Positions 9,742 to 19,653 are shown, numbered from the stretch's first letter. The stretch is 50,827 bases of DNA from an uncultured Anaerolinea sp. (GCA_964390015.1 CAYMGO010000003.1:1-50827); one strand, 5' to 3'. Notes: generated from the letters alone by a model not told the origin. Numbers and translations: made by a program.

Positions 9742-10155
9742 TTACTTTTTTATACCTTGCTTTTCACAGTAAATCTGCATTGCTTCTGAGAGGAATTCCG
9801 GTAGCTTTGGGTTTATCCCGCGGTAGAAATCCGCGAAGCGTTGATCCTCAACATACATTTTTCCCAATTCATTGAAGATCTCAAAACTGCAATCGTAAAA
9901 ACGGTTGATAAAGCCATGCCATTCCGCGATGCGCGCCTGGGTTTGCGGGCTTTTTGCACCAGCGGGCATGGCGTCCGCGATTGCCAGGGTGATGCGCTCC
10001 CCGTCAGCCATCAGTGCTTTTCTTCCTTCAGCGTCAAGTTCATTCCAACGCGTGTAGGATTGTCTGACCAGGTTGGAATCCCAGTGTTCTTCGGCGTACT
10101 TCTGATATTCCGCCTGCTGTTCTTCAGAAAATTCCTTAAAATGTGCGTTTGTCAT
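9742..10155 (-). CDS. Stand-alone TipAS-like antibiotic-recognition domain protein
   Basis: 137 aa. FSEEQQAEYQKYAEEHWDS...YTRWNEL...IAEWHGFINRFYDCSFEIFNELGKMYVEDQRFADFY matches the TipAS C-terminal domain pattern. No MerR DNA-binding domain is present. Confidence 0.65.
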   Translation of the reverse strand: MTNAHFKEFSEEQQAEYQKYAEEHWDSNLVRQSYTRWNELDAEGRKALMADGERITLAIADAMPAGAKSPQTQARIAEWHGFINRFYDCSFEIFNELGKMYVEDQRFADFYRGINPKLPEFLSEAMQIYCEKQGIKK

Positions 10156-10221
10156 GTTTTGTTCTGTAGATTCATTAGATAATTTTCATCAACTCGATTA
10201 CACCAGAGCCGTAAAATCAGT

Positions 10222-11535
10222 TTACTTTCTTTCCAGGTTTCCGCGTCCGATGCCCATGTAGGTGAAACCGAAGCTCCGTAAGGTTTCCGGGTCCCAAAGG
10301 TTGCGTCCATCAAGGATCACCGGTTGATTCATGGTAGTGTGCAGTTTCTTGAAATCAAGCTGTTTAAATTCGTTCCATTCAGTCGCCAGCAGCAGAGCAT
10401 CAGCGTTTTCAGCCACCTGGTACGGATTTTCACACAATTCAACATTCTTGAGCACCTGGCTGGCGTTTTCCATCGCCTGGGGATCGTAAGCCTTGACGTG
10501 CGCGCCTTCGTTTTGCAGCAGGTGAATGATCTCAATGGCAGCGGCGTCGCGGATATCATCCGTGTTTGGTTTGAAGGCAATTCCGAGCACGCCGATCGTT
10601 TTTTCATTCAGTGATTTCAGGGCTTTTCGCAACTTCATAACCGCGCGGCGGCGCTGGTTGCGGTTGATCTCCATGACCGCCTGCAGCAATTGCGGTTGTG
10701 AGCCGTGCAGCACGGCCATATGTTCCAACGCCTTCACGTCTTTCGGGAAGCAGGAACCGCCCCAACCCAGGCCGGCATCGAGGAATTGCGGTCCGATGCG
10801 TTTATCCAGACCCATTCCGCGGGCAACCTCACGGACATCTGCACCCAGCTGTTCGCAAATGTTGGCGATCTCATTTATGAATGAGATGCGCGTGGCGAGG
10901 AAGGCGTTTGATGCGTACTTGATCATCTCGGCGGTGCGCAGGTCAGTGGTCATTATGGTGCAGCGCAGCGGCTGGTAGAGCTGTGCGACCCTGTCAGCCG
11001 CACCCAGGTCCTCTGAACCGAGCACCACGCGGTCAGGGTTCATAAAATCATTGATGGCTGACCCTTCGCGCAGGAACTCGGGATTCGAAACCACGCTGAA
11101 TTTCAATGGTTTTCCGTCGCGGCGATGGTTGATTACATCTGCTACCCAATCACCCGTACCCACGGGGACGGTGGATTTGTTGATGACCAGGATGGCATCT
11201 TGGACGTGATCCGCTATGGCTTCCGCGGCAGAGCGCACGTATTTGAGATCAGCTTCACCATCGTTGCCTGAAGGTGTACCAACAGCAATGAACGCATATT
11301 CAGCGTCTGTCAGAGCGCTCACGTAATCGGTGGTGAAGAATAACCTTTCTGCTGCAACGTTCTGTTTAACGAGTTGTTCTAGCCCGGGCTCGTAAATTGG
11401 CATCAACCCTGCCTTCAGGCTGGAGATGCGCTCATTGTCGATGTCCAGGCAGACAACCTCGTTTCCAAGATCCGCGAAACAGGTTCCTGTCACCAATCCA
11501 ACATAGCCGGTTCCGATGACGCAAATTTTGCTCAT
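10222..11535 (-). CDS. ugd: UDP-glucose 6-dehydrogenase
   Basis: Contains [34 protein letters not shown] with the catalytic Cys, and [14 protein letters not shown]. 437 aa. Confidence 0.9.
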   Translation of the reverse strand: MSKICVIGTGYVGLVTGTCFADLGNEVVCLDIDNERISSLKAGLMPIYEPGLEQLVKQNVAAERLFFTTDYVSALTDAEYAFIAVGTPSGNDGEADLKYVRSAAEAIADHVQDAILVINKSTVPVGTGDWVADVINHRRDGKPLKFSVVSNPEFLREGSAINDFMNPDRVVLGSEDLGAADRVAQLYQPLRCTIMTTDLRTAEMIKYASNAFLATRISFINEIANICEQLGADVREVARGMGLDKRIGPQFLDAGLGWGGSCFPKDVKALEHMAVLHGSQPQLLQAVMEINRNQRRRAVMKLRKALKSLNEKTIGVLGIAFKPNTDDIRDAAAIEIIHLLQNEGAHVKAYDPQAMENASQVLKNVELCENPYQVAENADALLLATEWNEFKQLDFKKLHTTMNQPVILDGRNLWDPETLRSFGFTYMGIGRGNLERK

Positions 11536-11641
11536 GATTTACTCCAATGAATTTTTGTATAATACACGCCCAATTTTACCATCACCCATGCAGAATACTT
11601 AAATAGGTATAATTGTCTTAATCAAACAAAGGAGTGGACCG

Positions 11642-12520
11642 ATGACAGCCTCGATAATTGATGGGAAAGGAATCGGAGAGAACTTGAGGAAAGAGGTGGC
11701 TGTGGGTGTTCAGCAGCGCCTGGATGCCGGTAAAGCACGGCCTGGTCTGGCCACTGTGTTGGTGGGAGAAAACCCGGCCTCTCAAGTTTATGTAAAATCC
11801 AAGCAGAAAGCCTGCGCTGAGGTCGGCATAGAGTCATTCGGATACGACTTGCCGCGTGAAGCCGGTCAGGCTGAGGTGGAGAAGCTGGTGACAAAACTCA
11901 ACGCGGATCCGGCGGTCAACGGCATCCTCGTGCAGCTTCCACTCCCGTCTGGATACGATGAAGAGAAGATTCTAAGTGCGATATCGATTGAAAAGGACGT
12001 GGATGGTTTCCATCCAATCAACATCGGCAGGTTGGCTCAAAAAGGGCGGGACCCGCTGTTTATTCCCTGCACCCCTGCCGGTGTTATGTACATGCTCGAG
12101 AAGGAATTTCCTTCATTGGAGGGGCTGAACGCCGTTGTTCTGGGCAGATCCAACATTGTTGGCATGCCAGTAGCGCTCCTGTTGGTAAGAGCAAACGCGA
12201 CCGTGACCATTTGCCACTCGCGCACAAAAAACCTGCCTGAGGTTGTGAGGGGGGCAGATGTTCTGGTGGCGGCGGTTGGTAAGGCTGAAATGGTCAGGGG
12301 AGATTGGGTTAAACCCGGTGCGGTGGTGATCGATGTAGGCATTAACCGTGTTGAAGACGACACCAGGCCGCGCGGATATCGTCTGGTTGGTGATGTATGT
12401 TACGAAGAGGTCGCTGCTGTTGCCAGAGCCATCACACCAGTTCCCGGTGGGGTCGGGCCGCTCACCATCGCTATGCTGCTGAAGAACACGTTGCGCGCTG
12501 CAAATCTCCAGGACGTCTGA
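11642..12520 (+). CDS. folD: Bifunctional 5,10-methylene-THF dehydrogenase / methenyl-THF cyclohydrolase
   Basis: Contains IIDGKGI, PGLATVLVGENPASQVYVKSK, VQLPLP, GRSNIVGMPVA and PVPGGVGPLTIAMLL. An AAGGAG RBS precedes the start. Confidence 0.95.
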   Translation: MTASIIDGKGIGENLRKEVAVGVQQRLDAGKARPGLATVLVGENPASQVYVKSKQKACAEVGIESFGYDLPREAGQAEVEKLVTKLNADPAVNGILVQLPLPSGYDEEKILSAISIEKDVDGFHPINIGRLAQKGRDPLFIPCTPAGVMYMLEKEFPSLEGLNAVVLGRSNIVGMPVALLLVRANATVTICHSRTKNLPEVVRGADVLVAAVGKAEMVRGDWVKPGAVVIDVGINRVEDDTRPRGYRLVGDVCYEEVAAVARAITPVPGGVGPLTIAMLLKNTLRAANLQDV

Positions 12521-12627
12521 ACGGATGTTGTTGTCTGACATTTGACTTTTTCTGCATATCGAATTAAACTCGTGTCTGGTTGATGATCAGATACGTCATT
12601 CCTTTTGAACTACTCTGAAGGTGACAT

Positions 12628-14010
12628 TTGAGCACATTACTCGTCAAGAATTCCCAAATACTGGTAACAATGGATGACCACCGCAGGGAAATCCCGGGTG
12701 GTGGTCTTTTTATTCGGGATGGGTTCATTGAGCAGGTAGGACCCACAAACCAGCTGCCGATCTTTGCAGATGAGGTTCTCGATCTGGACGGGCACATCCT
12801 GCTGCCCGGGATGGTCAACACGCATCATCACTTTTACCAGACCCTCACGCGTGCCATTCCTGCAGCACAAAATGTCAATCTTTTCAACTGGCTGAAAACC
12901 CTGTACCCGATTTGGGCGAAGATGACACCAGAGGACATCCGTGTTTCGACGAAGACAGCATTGGCGGAATTGGCGCTATCCGGGTGCACAACCTCCTCTG
13001 ATCATCTCTACCTGTTTCCCAACGGCTCAAAGCTGGATGATGAAATCGAAGCTGCCGGGAGTATTGGCTTACGTCTGCACGCGGCGCGCGGCTCGATGAG
13101 CCTGGGAGAGAGCCGTGGCGGTTTACCGCCAGACAGCGTGGTAGATGATGAGGATAAAATCCTTGCAGATAGTGAACGCCTCATTCGAAAATACCACGAT
13201 CCTCAACCCGGTTCAATGCTCCAGATCGTACTCGCGCCGTGCTCACCTTTCAGTGTCACCGGAGAATTAATGAAGCAGAGCGCGATTCTCGCCAGGCAGT
13301 ATGGAGTGCATCTTCACACTCACCTGGCTGAAACCCAGGACGAAGAAGCCTTCTGCCGGCAGAAGTTTGGTTACCGACCTGTTGGGTACATGCAGTCAGT
13401 GGACTGGGTGGGTGAGGATGTGTGGTTCGCTCATTCCGTTCATGTAAATGATGAGGAAATTGGTGTGTACGCCAGAACTGGCTGTGGGGTGGCGCACTGC
13501 CCGTCTTCAAACATGCGCCTGGCATCCGGTATTGCCCCAATTACCAAATTGGTTCAAGCCGGGGTCAAGACTGCACTGGGCGTGGACGGCTCTGCCAGCA
13601 ATGACGGTTCACACATGCTTGCAGAAGCACGCATGGCCATGCTACTGGCGCGTTTGAATGCCGGGTTGCAGGGGGCATCATTATCTTCGACCGGAGGCGA
13701 GATCTTCTCTGTGCGGCAGGCGCTGGAACTGTCCACCAGGGGAGGTGCTGCTGTACTTGGTAGAAAAGATATCGGTTCACTGGAAGTTGGCAAATGCGCT
13801 GATTTCATCGCCATCAACCTCAATCGCCTGGACTATGCCGGTGCGCTGCACGATCCCGTTGCAGCTGTCCTCCTTTGCCAGCCGGTTGGCGTAGATTTCA
13901 ACTACGTTCATGGTAAAACCGTTGTTAATAAAGGCGAGCTAGTAGGATTGGAACTTGAGCGCCACATCAGGCTGCACAACCACGCGGCCGCCAGGTTGTT
14001 CGAAGGGTAA
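12628..14010 (+). CDS. Amidohydrolase of the guanine/cytosine deaminase superfamily, closest by eye to 8-oxoguanine deaminase / hydroxyatrazine-hydrolase-like enzymes
   Basis: Has LPGMVNTHHHFYQTLTRAIPAAQNVNLFNWLKTLYPIW (HxH metal motif), HLHTHLAETQDE and GVDGSASND. 460 aa with a TTG start. Confidence 0.7.
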   Translation: MSTLLVKNSQILVTMDDHRREIPGGGLFIRDGFIEQVGPTNQLPIFADEVLDLDGHILLPGMVNTHHHFYQTLTRAIPAAQNVNLFNWLKTLYPIWAKMTPEDIRVSTKTALAELALSGCTTSSDHLYLFPNGSKLDDEIEAAGSIGLRLHAARGSMSLGESRGGLPPDSVVDDEDKILADSERLIRKYHDPQPGSMLQIVLAPCSPFSVTGELMKQSAILARQYGVHLHTHLAETQDEEAFCRQKFGYRPVGYMQSVDWVGEDVWFAHSVHVNDEEIGVYARTGCGVAHCPSSNMRLASGIAPITKLVQAGVKTALGVDGSASNDGSHMLAEARMAMLLARLNAGLQGASLSSTGGEIFSVRQALELSTRGGAAVLGRKDIGSLEVGKCADFIAINLNRLDYAGALHDPVAAVLLCQPVGVDFNYVHGKTVVNKGELVGLELERHIRLHNHAAARLFEG

Positions 14011-14021
14011 GGGGACACATT

Positions 14022-15821
14022 ATGGGTATGGATTCTTTCTGGCTGCAAAATGCGCGTGAACTAGTTGACTGCGCGATGGGGCGTCTTCCGGCGCATCTGG
14101 TAATCAGGAATGGTCAATGGGTGTGTGTGCAAACCGGCGAGATCATCCCTCACATCGATATCGCCATGCGTGCAAAACGCGTTGCCTACGTGGGCGCAGA
14201 TGCCAGTCACACCATTGGAAAGAAGACCGTGGTAATCGACGCCGGCGGTCAATACCTGGTGCCAGGCTTGCTGGACGGTCACGTGCACGTTGAATCGGGC
14301 ATGGTCACGGTAACGGAATTCGTCCGCGCGGTGCTGCCGCATGGTACAACCGGCTTATTCATAGATCCGCACGAGATCGCCAATGTTTTCGGCCTGCGCG
14401 GGGTGCGCTTGATGGTGGATGACGCAGCGCTGCAACCGGTGCACGTTTTCGTACAAATGCCATCATGCGTTCCTTCGGCCCCCGGTTTTGAAACACCCGG
14501 CGCTGTGCTGGGACCCAACGATGTGACCGAAGCCATGACCTGGCCGGGCATCATTGGACTGGGTGAGATGATGGATTTCCCGGGTGTGTACGAAGGAGAT
14601 GATAAGGTGCACGCCGAAATGAGTGCCACACGTGCGGCGGGCAAGGTGATAGGCGGTCATTATGCTTCTCTTGACCTGGGAAAACCCTTTCACGGATACG
14701 TGGCGGGTGGTCCGCAAGATGACCACGAGGGCACTAGGCTGGAGGATGCGGTTGCCCGCGCCCGACAGGGAATGAAAGTAATGATGCGTTATGGCTCCGC
14801 CTGGCATGACGTGGCTGCCCAGGTGAAAGCGATAACTGAGCTGGGACTGTCAAGCAGGGGATTCCTGTTATGCGCTGATGACATCCAATCGGAAACGCTT
14901 ATAAATGAAGGACACATGGATAGGGTTATCCGCCACGCCATAGCAGAAGGACTGGACCCGATGACCGCGATCCAGATGGCGACCATCAACACGGCTGAGC
15001 ACTTCGGGGTATCACGAGAAATCGGCCTCATCGCCCCGGGCAGGTTCGGAGATGTTGTGCTTGTTAAGGACCTGGAAAAATTCAGGGTTGAGACTGTCGT
15101 CGCCAGGGGCAAGATCGCGTATCAGAATTGCGAAATATCTGTGGATCTGCCGGAGCGTGATTATCCGGATTGGGCGATCAGGTCAGTGCATTTCCCTCGG
15201 CCGTTCACTGCCAGCAGTTTTCCACTCGTTGCGGAAGGCGCTGAGAGAGTAATTGCCAATGTAATCGGAATCATCGAAAACCAGGCTCCCACCCAACACC
15301 TGGTCTTTGAGATGGTGGTTGCAGATGGAGAGGTTCGGCCTGATGTTTACAGGGATATCGCCAAGGTTGCGCTGGTTGAGCGCCATCGGCCTACTGGAAG
15401 GGTTCAGGTAGGGCTTGTGCACGGCTTTGGTTTCAAAACCGCCTGTGCCGTAGCTACAACGGTCGCACACGATAGCCACCAGATGATCGTGGTAGGGACA
15501 GATGAAGAGCAAATGGCCTTTGCTGCCAACCATCTTGAATCCATCGGCGGCGGGCAGGCGATTGTGAGTAACAACCAGGTAATCGGCGAAATCCGGCTGC
15601 CAATTGCGGGATTAATGTCCAACGGCTCGGCTCAACAGGTGGCTTCTGAAGCTGAGTCGCTTCTCGAAGGATTTAAAAAATGCGGATGTACAATCAACAA
15701 TCCAAATATGCAATTAAGCCTGTTGGGTTTACCGGTAATTCCTGAATTACGCATCACCGATCTGGGTCTCATCGATGTGAACCGCTTTGATTTTATCCCG
15801 GTGACTGAACCGGCAAAATAA
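14022..15821 (+). CDS. ade: Adenine deaminase (AdeC family amidohydrolase)
   Basis: 599 aa. Contains VPGLLDGHVHVESGMVTVTEFVRAVLPHGTTGLFIDPHEIANV and VATTVAHDSHQMIVVG, characteristic of adenine deaminase. Confidence 0.8.
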   Translation: MGMDSFWLQNARELVDCAMGRLPAHLVIRNGQWVCVQTGEIIPHIDIAMRAKRVAYVGADASHTIGKKTVVIDAGGQYLVPGLLDGHVHVESGMVTVTEFVRAVLPHGTTGLFIDPHEIANVFGLRGVRLMVDDAALQPVHVFVQMPSCVPSAPGFETPGAVLGPNDVTEAMTWPGIIGLGEMMDFPGVYEGDDKVHAEMSATRAAGKVIGGHYASLDLGKPFHGYVAGGPQDDHEGTRLEDAVARARQGMKVMMRYGSAWHDVAAQVKAITELGLSSRGFLLCADDIQSETLINEGHMDRVIRHAIAEGLDPMTAIQMATINTAEHFGVSREIGLIAPGRFGDVVLVKDLEKFRVETVVARGKIAYQNCEISVDLPERDYPDWAIRSVHFPRPFTASSFPLVAEGAERVIANVIGIIENQAPTQHLVFEMVVADGEVRPDVYRDIAKVALVERHRPTGRVQVGLVHGFGFKTACAVATTVAHDSHQMIVVGTDEEQMAFAANHLESIGGGQAIVSNNQVIGEIRLPIAGLMSNGSAQQVASEAESLLEGFKKCGCTINNPNMQLSLLGLPVIPELRITDLGLIDVNRFDFIPVTEPAK

Positions 15822-15846
15822 CGCTAAATGGTAGGAATTGATAATA

Positions 15847-16599
15847 ATGGGTAATACACGCAAGAGTAAGGGAGTGCAACATCCATTTTCACGGCTTCAG
15901 GCCGAATTATCTGTATTGATTCAAAAGACACCTCCGGGAGAGAGACTGCCTTCAGAACCAGAACTGGCAAAAAGGTTGGGTGTTTCAAGGGCTACACTGC
16001 GTGAGGGTATGCGCACCTTTGAAGCGCAGGGATTGATTCGGCGCAGGCAGGGAGTGGGCACCTTCGTGGTTGCCCAGGTACGGGTCATTGAAACTGGTCT
16101 TGAGGTGCTCGAAAGCATCGAACGGCTTGCCAACCGCATTGGTCTGGCAGTGAGTATGGGCGAACTGGAAATAATGGAGAATCTGGCGAGTCCGGAGATC
16201 GCTGAAAAATTACAGGTTGAGGAAGGCACAAGATTGATCACGATCTCACGTGTGATCTATGCTGGTGACCGTCCCGTGGCTTACCTTGTTGATATTCTTC
16301 CTCCAGACGTGATCACTGAGGAGGAATTGAAATCTGGATTCACCGGATCTGTTATTGATTTTCTCTTAAAACGCGGCAAACCCGGATTATCCAAATCCTT
16401 CACTGATATACAGGCAGTAGCTGCTGAATCCGCCACTGCCAGGTTACTGGAGATCCAGCGCGGTGATGTATTGTTGCTGTTTACCGCTCGTTTATACAGC
16501 GATGAGGGCGAGATCATCGATTTTTCATTCAGCTACTTCCTGCCCGGATATTTTCGATTCCACGTGATAAGAAATGTGGATACCCGGTTGGCAAGTTAA
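15847..16599 (+). CDS. GntR family transcriptional regulator, HutC subfamily (wHTH plus UTRA effector domain)
   Basis: Has the LPSEPELAKRLGVSRATLREGMRTFEAQGLIRRRQGVGTFV wHTH motif and a C-terminal UTRA-like beta-rich half. The ATG at 15847 is better spaced from GTAGGAA than the TTG at 15838. Confidence 0.8.
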   Translation: MGNTRKSKGVQHPFSRLQAELSVLIQKTPPGERLPSEPELAKRLGVSRATLREGMRTFEAQGLIRRRQGVGTFVVAQVRVIETGLEVLESIERLANRIGLAVSMGELEIMENLASPEIAEKLQVEEGTRLITISRVIYAGDRPVAYLVDILPPDVITEEELKSGFTGSVIDFLLKRGKPGLSKSFTDIQAVAAESATARLLEIQRGDVLLLFTARLYSDEGEIIDFSFSYFLPGYFRFHVIRNVDTRLAS

Positions 16600-16690
16600 G
16601 CGTATTGTGCAGAAGAGGAGGTCGGCAGCAGCATTCTGAATACCGGAAACTTGTGGTTCTCAAATCCATTTTTTAGATAAGGAGAGAAAG

Positions 16691-17641
16691 ATGAGAAGTT
16701 TTGCGGGAAGAGACATACTTTCTTTGAAAGAATTCGAGCGGGAGGAATTCTTTCGTGTGTTTGACGTTGCCGATGAGATGGCTCCAATCGCCAGTAGCCG
16801 AAGAAACACAGATCTGCTGGCGGAAAAGACGCTGGTAACCGCTTTTTATCAGCCCAGCACGCGCACGCGCCTTGCCCACGAAGCTGCCATGCACCGCCTG
16901 GGTGGTCATGTGACCGGGTTTTATGATGTCAAAATGACCCGGGCAGGCGATTTTTACCAGGAATCGATCAAAGATACGGTAAAAATGCTGGAGTATTATG
17001 GCGATGTTATTGTGATGCGCCACTTCCAGCAAGGCGCACCGCATGAAGCTGCCAGGTGGGCGTCAATCCCGGTTATTAATGGAGGGGATGGCTGGGGTGA
17101 ACACCCCACGCAGATTCTCACTGACCTTTACACGGTGCTGACCGAAAAAGGAACGATTGACGGTCTGACCTGGCTGGCGGTAGGTGATATGCGCATGCGC
17201 ACCATGCATTCGCTGGGTTACGCGCTTTCACAATTCGACTGCCCGATCACATTTGTATCACCACCCGATATGTCGCTGACAGATGAATTTAAGGCGGACC
17301 TTCAGCGGTATAATGTAAACTTCAGGATCGCGGAGCATGTGGAACAGGCGATTGCAACAGCGGATGTGATCCTGGTGGAGCCCGTTGTACAACCCGACTA
17401 CTCCAAACATCGCGAGGAAGCAGGTGAGCGCGGTCTAACACCGGATAACTATAAGATCACCCGGGAATTGCTGGCAACGAAAGCCAAATCCGATGCCATA
17501 CTGCTCCATTCTCTACCGCGCATGGATGAGGTTCCGACCGACGTGGACATTACCCGCTGGTCGCGCTACTGGCAGGAGGCCTTCAATGGTGTGGTAATGC
17601 GCATGGCACTACTTGCGCTTGTTTTAGGAAAAATGGAATAA
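16691..17641 (+). CDS. Aspartate carbamoyltransferase-like transcarbamylase (PyrB paralog with altered second-substrate site)
   Basis: Has QPSTRTR, VMRH, EHPTQILTDL, GDMRMRTMHSL and HSLPRMDEVPTDVD...FNGVVMRMALLALVLG. These are collinear with E. coli PyrB as I recall it. The TRVQKER segment (Arg229/Gln231) reads VEPVVQPDY, and the KKGE 80s loop is absent. Confidence 0.7.
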   Translation: MRSFAGRDILSLKEFEREEFFRVFDVADEMAPIASSRRNTDLLAEKTLVTAFYQPSTRTRLAHEAAMHRLGGHVTGFYDVKMTRAGDFYQESIKDTVKMLEYYGDVIVMRHFQQGAPHEAARWASIPVINGGDGWGEHPTQILTDLYTVLTEKGTIDGLTWLAVGDMRMRTMHSLGYALSQFDCPITFVSPPDMSLTDEFKADLQRYNVNFRIAEHVEQAIATADVILVEPVVQPDYSKHREEAGERGLTPDNYKITRELLATKAKSDAILLHSLPRMDEVPTDVDITRWSRYWQEAFNGVVMRMALLALVLGKME

Positions 17642-17661
17642 AAAAAGGTACAGGAGGAAAG

Positions 17662-18642
17662 ATGCAAACGTTCTTACATGGTCGTGACCTGATTGGTGAC
17701 CTGGATTTCTCAAAGGAAGAAGTGGAAACCGTTTTGGATGTGGCGTTCGATCTGAAACGAAAGCGGGCGTTGAACGAACTGACACCGTACTTGCGGGATA
17801 AGGTTCTCGCCATGCTGTTTTTCTTCAGCAGTACCCGTACCCGCGGATCTTTTGAAGCCGGAATGGCCCATCTTGGCGGGCACGCGGCATTTATTGAATC
17901 ACGAACAACGCAAATCTCACATGGTGACACTCCCAAAGAAATTGGCGAGATCTTTGGGCGTTACTTTGATGGCATCTCTATTCGTCATGTTGATTGGGGT
18001 GTTGGCAACGGTTACCTGAACGAAGTGGCAAAGGCCTCTCGCGTGCCGGTTCTGAATATGCAATGCGACGTCTATCATCCATTCCAATGCCTGGCTGACC
18101 TGATGACCATCATCGAAAAGAAAGGTCGTGATCTGCGCCGCAAGAAAATGGTGATTTCGTGGGCTTACGCAGCTTCTTACCAAAAACCCATATCCGTCCC
18201 TCAGTCACTGATCCTGCAAATGCCCCGCTTTGGCATGGATGTGGTGCTGGCCCATCCCCCTGAATTTAAGCTGATGCCCGAAATCATGGATCAGGCGCGC
18301 GAACAGGCGCGCAAGTTCGGTGTTGGCTTTGATGTGGTTGAAGATATGGACGAAGCCTTCAAGGATGGAGATGTCATCTACGCCAAATCTTGGGGAGCCA
18401 TGGTGCACACACCTGATGTTGAAGAAAGCGCGAAGATCATCAAGAAGTATGAAAGTTGGATCACTGATGAGCGCAGGATGAAACTGGCTAAACCAGACGC
18501 GATCTACATGCACCCGCTGCCCGCAGACCGTAACATCGAGGTCACGGACGCGGTTATGGATGGTCCGCAATCAGTTGTTTACGATGAAGCCGAGAACCGC
18601 ATGCACGCCCAGGAAGCGGTGATGGCTTTGACGATGGGTTAA
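17662..18642 (+). CDS. YgeW-family (knotted) carbamoyltransferase
   Basis: FSSTRTR, NMQCDVYHPFQCLADL and KKMVISWAYAASYQKPISVPQSLILQMPRFGMDVVLAHPPEFKLMPEIM track E. coli YgeW from memory (NLQCDIDHPTQSMADL; KKIAMTWAYSPSYGKPLSVPQGIIGLMTRFGMDVTLAHPEGYDLIPDVV). Also has YMHPLPADR. Confidence 0.75.
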   Translation: MQTFLHGRDLIGDLDFSKEEVETVLDVAFDLKRKRALNELTPYLRDKVLAMLFFFSSTRTRGSFEAGMAHLGGHAAFIESRTTQISHGDTPKEIGEIFGRYFDGISIRHVDWGVGNGYLNEVAKASRVPVLNMQCDVYHPFQCLADLMTIIEKKGRDLRRKKMVISWAYAASYQKPISVPQSLILQMPRFGMDVVLAHPPEFKLMPEIMDQAREQARKFGVGFDVVEDMDEAFKDGDVIYAKSWGAMVHTPDVEESAKIIKKYESWITDERRMKLAKPDAIYMHPLPADRNIEVTDAVMDGPQSVVYDEAENRMHAQEAVMALTMG

Positions 18643-18696
18643 GATTACAATAATTTTGAAAAAAATATATTAATAAAGAAAAGGAAATTGGTAAAA

Positions 18697-19653
18697 ATGG
18701 CGAAGAAGTTAGCAGTTGTAGCAATTGGTGGTAACTCCCTTATTATGGATCCAAAAAATGTTACCGTTGAAGATCAATATCTGGCTGCAGCAGAGACAAC
18801 AAAGCATATCGCGGATATGATAGAAGCAGGTTGGGACGTAGCGATCGGGCATGGTAATGGACCGCAGGTGGGGTTCATCCTGCGCCGCTCAGAGATCGCG
18901 GCCAAGTACGAAGGCATGCATGAAGTTCCACTGGATGTTTGTGGTGCTGATAGCCAGGGTGCGATCGGGTACGCGTTGCAGCAGACGCTGCAGAACGAAC
19001 TGGTTCGCCGCGGCATCAAAAAACCTGTAGCGACGGTTGTCACACAGGTAAAAGTCGATAAGAACGACAAGGCGTTCCAGAACCCCACCAAACCCATTGG
19101 CGGCTTTATGGAAGAAGAGGAAGCCAAGAAACGCGAAAAGGAAATGGGCTGGAACGTAGTCGAAGATTCTGGTCGCGGCTGGCGTCGTGTGGTGGCGTCC
19201 CCCATTCCGGTGGAAGTGGTCGAGATTGAATCCGTCCGCGCGCTCATCGCTGCCGGTGTGGTGGTCATCACGGTTGGCGGTGGCGGCATCCCGGTATTGG
19301 ATAATGAAAAAGGTGGTTGCGTGGGCACCGCCGCGGTGATCGATAAGGATTACGCCAGCAGCCTGCTCGCTACTCTCATCAATGCTGACCTGTTCGTTAT
19401 CTCAACCGCGGTTGAAAAAATTGCCATCAATTTTGGCAAACCTGATCAGAAGTGGCTGGACCGCATGACCCTGGCTGAGGCTAAAGCTTACCTCGCTGAA
19501 GGAACCCATTTTGCCAAGGGCTCGATGGCGCCTAAGATCCAGGCGATCATCAATTACCTCGAGGCGGGCGGCAAGGAAGCCCTGGTGACCAATCCGGAGA
19601 ACATCGGTCGCGCATTGCGCGGTGACACCGGCACGCGCATCGTGCGTGAGTAA
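18697..19653 (+). CDS. arcC: Carbamate kinase
   Basis: Contains VVAIGGNSL, GHGNGPQVG, VVTQVKVDKNDKAFQNPTKPIG, GGGGIPV, AVIDKDYASSLLA and GSMAPKI. The ATG at 18697 follows AAGGAAA by about 10 nt. Confidence 0.9.
   Translation: MAKKLAVVAIGGNSLIMDPKNVTVEDQYLAAAETTKHIADMIEAGWDVAIGHGNGPQVGFILRRSEIAAKYEGMHEVPLDVCGADSQGAIGYALQQTLQNELVRRGIKKPVATVVTQVKVDKNDKAFQNPTKPIGGFMEEEEAKKREKEMGWNVVEDSGRGWRRVVASPIPVEVVEIESVRALIAAGVVVITVGGGGIPVLDNEKGGCVGTAAVIDKDYASSLLATLINADLFVISTAVEKIAINFGKPDQKWLDRMTLAEAKAYLAEGTHFAKGSMAPKIQAIINYLEAGGKEALVTNPENIGRALRGDTGTRIVRE

Noticed and set aside
11536-11641. Two TATAAT hexamers (about 11560 and 11608) in the ugd-folD divergent region as promoters
   Set aside because: I could not pair either with a convincing -35 at 16-19 nt spacing. 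They are plausible but not supportable beyond the hexamer match, so they are not listed as features.
18774-19328. 184-aa - strand ORF inside the carbamate kinase gene
   Set aside because: It is antisense to a gene with full carbamate kinase motifs. The Pro/Ser/Thr-rich translation has no start context.
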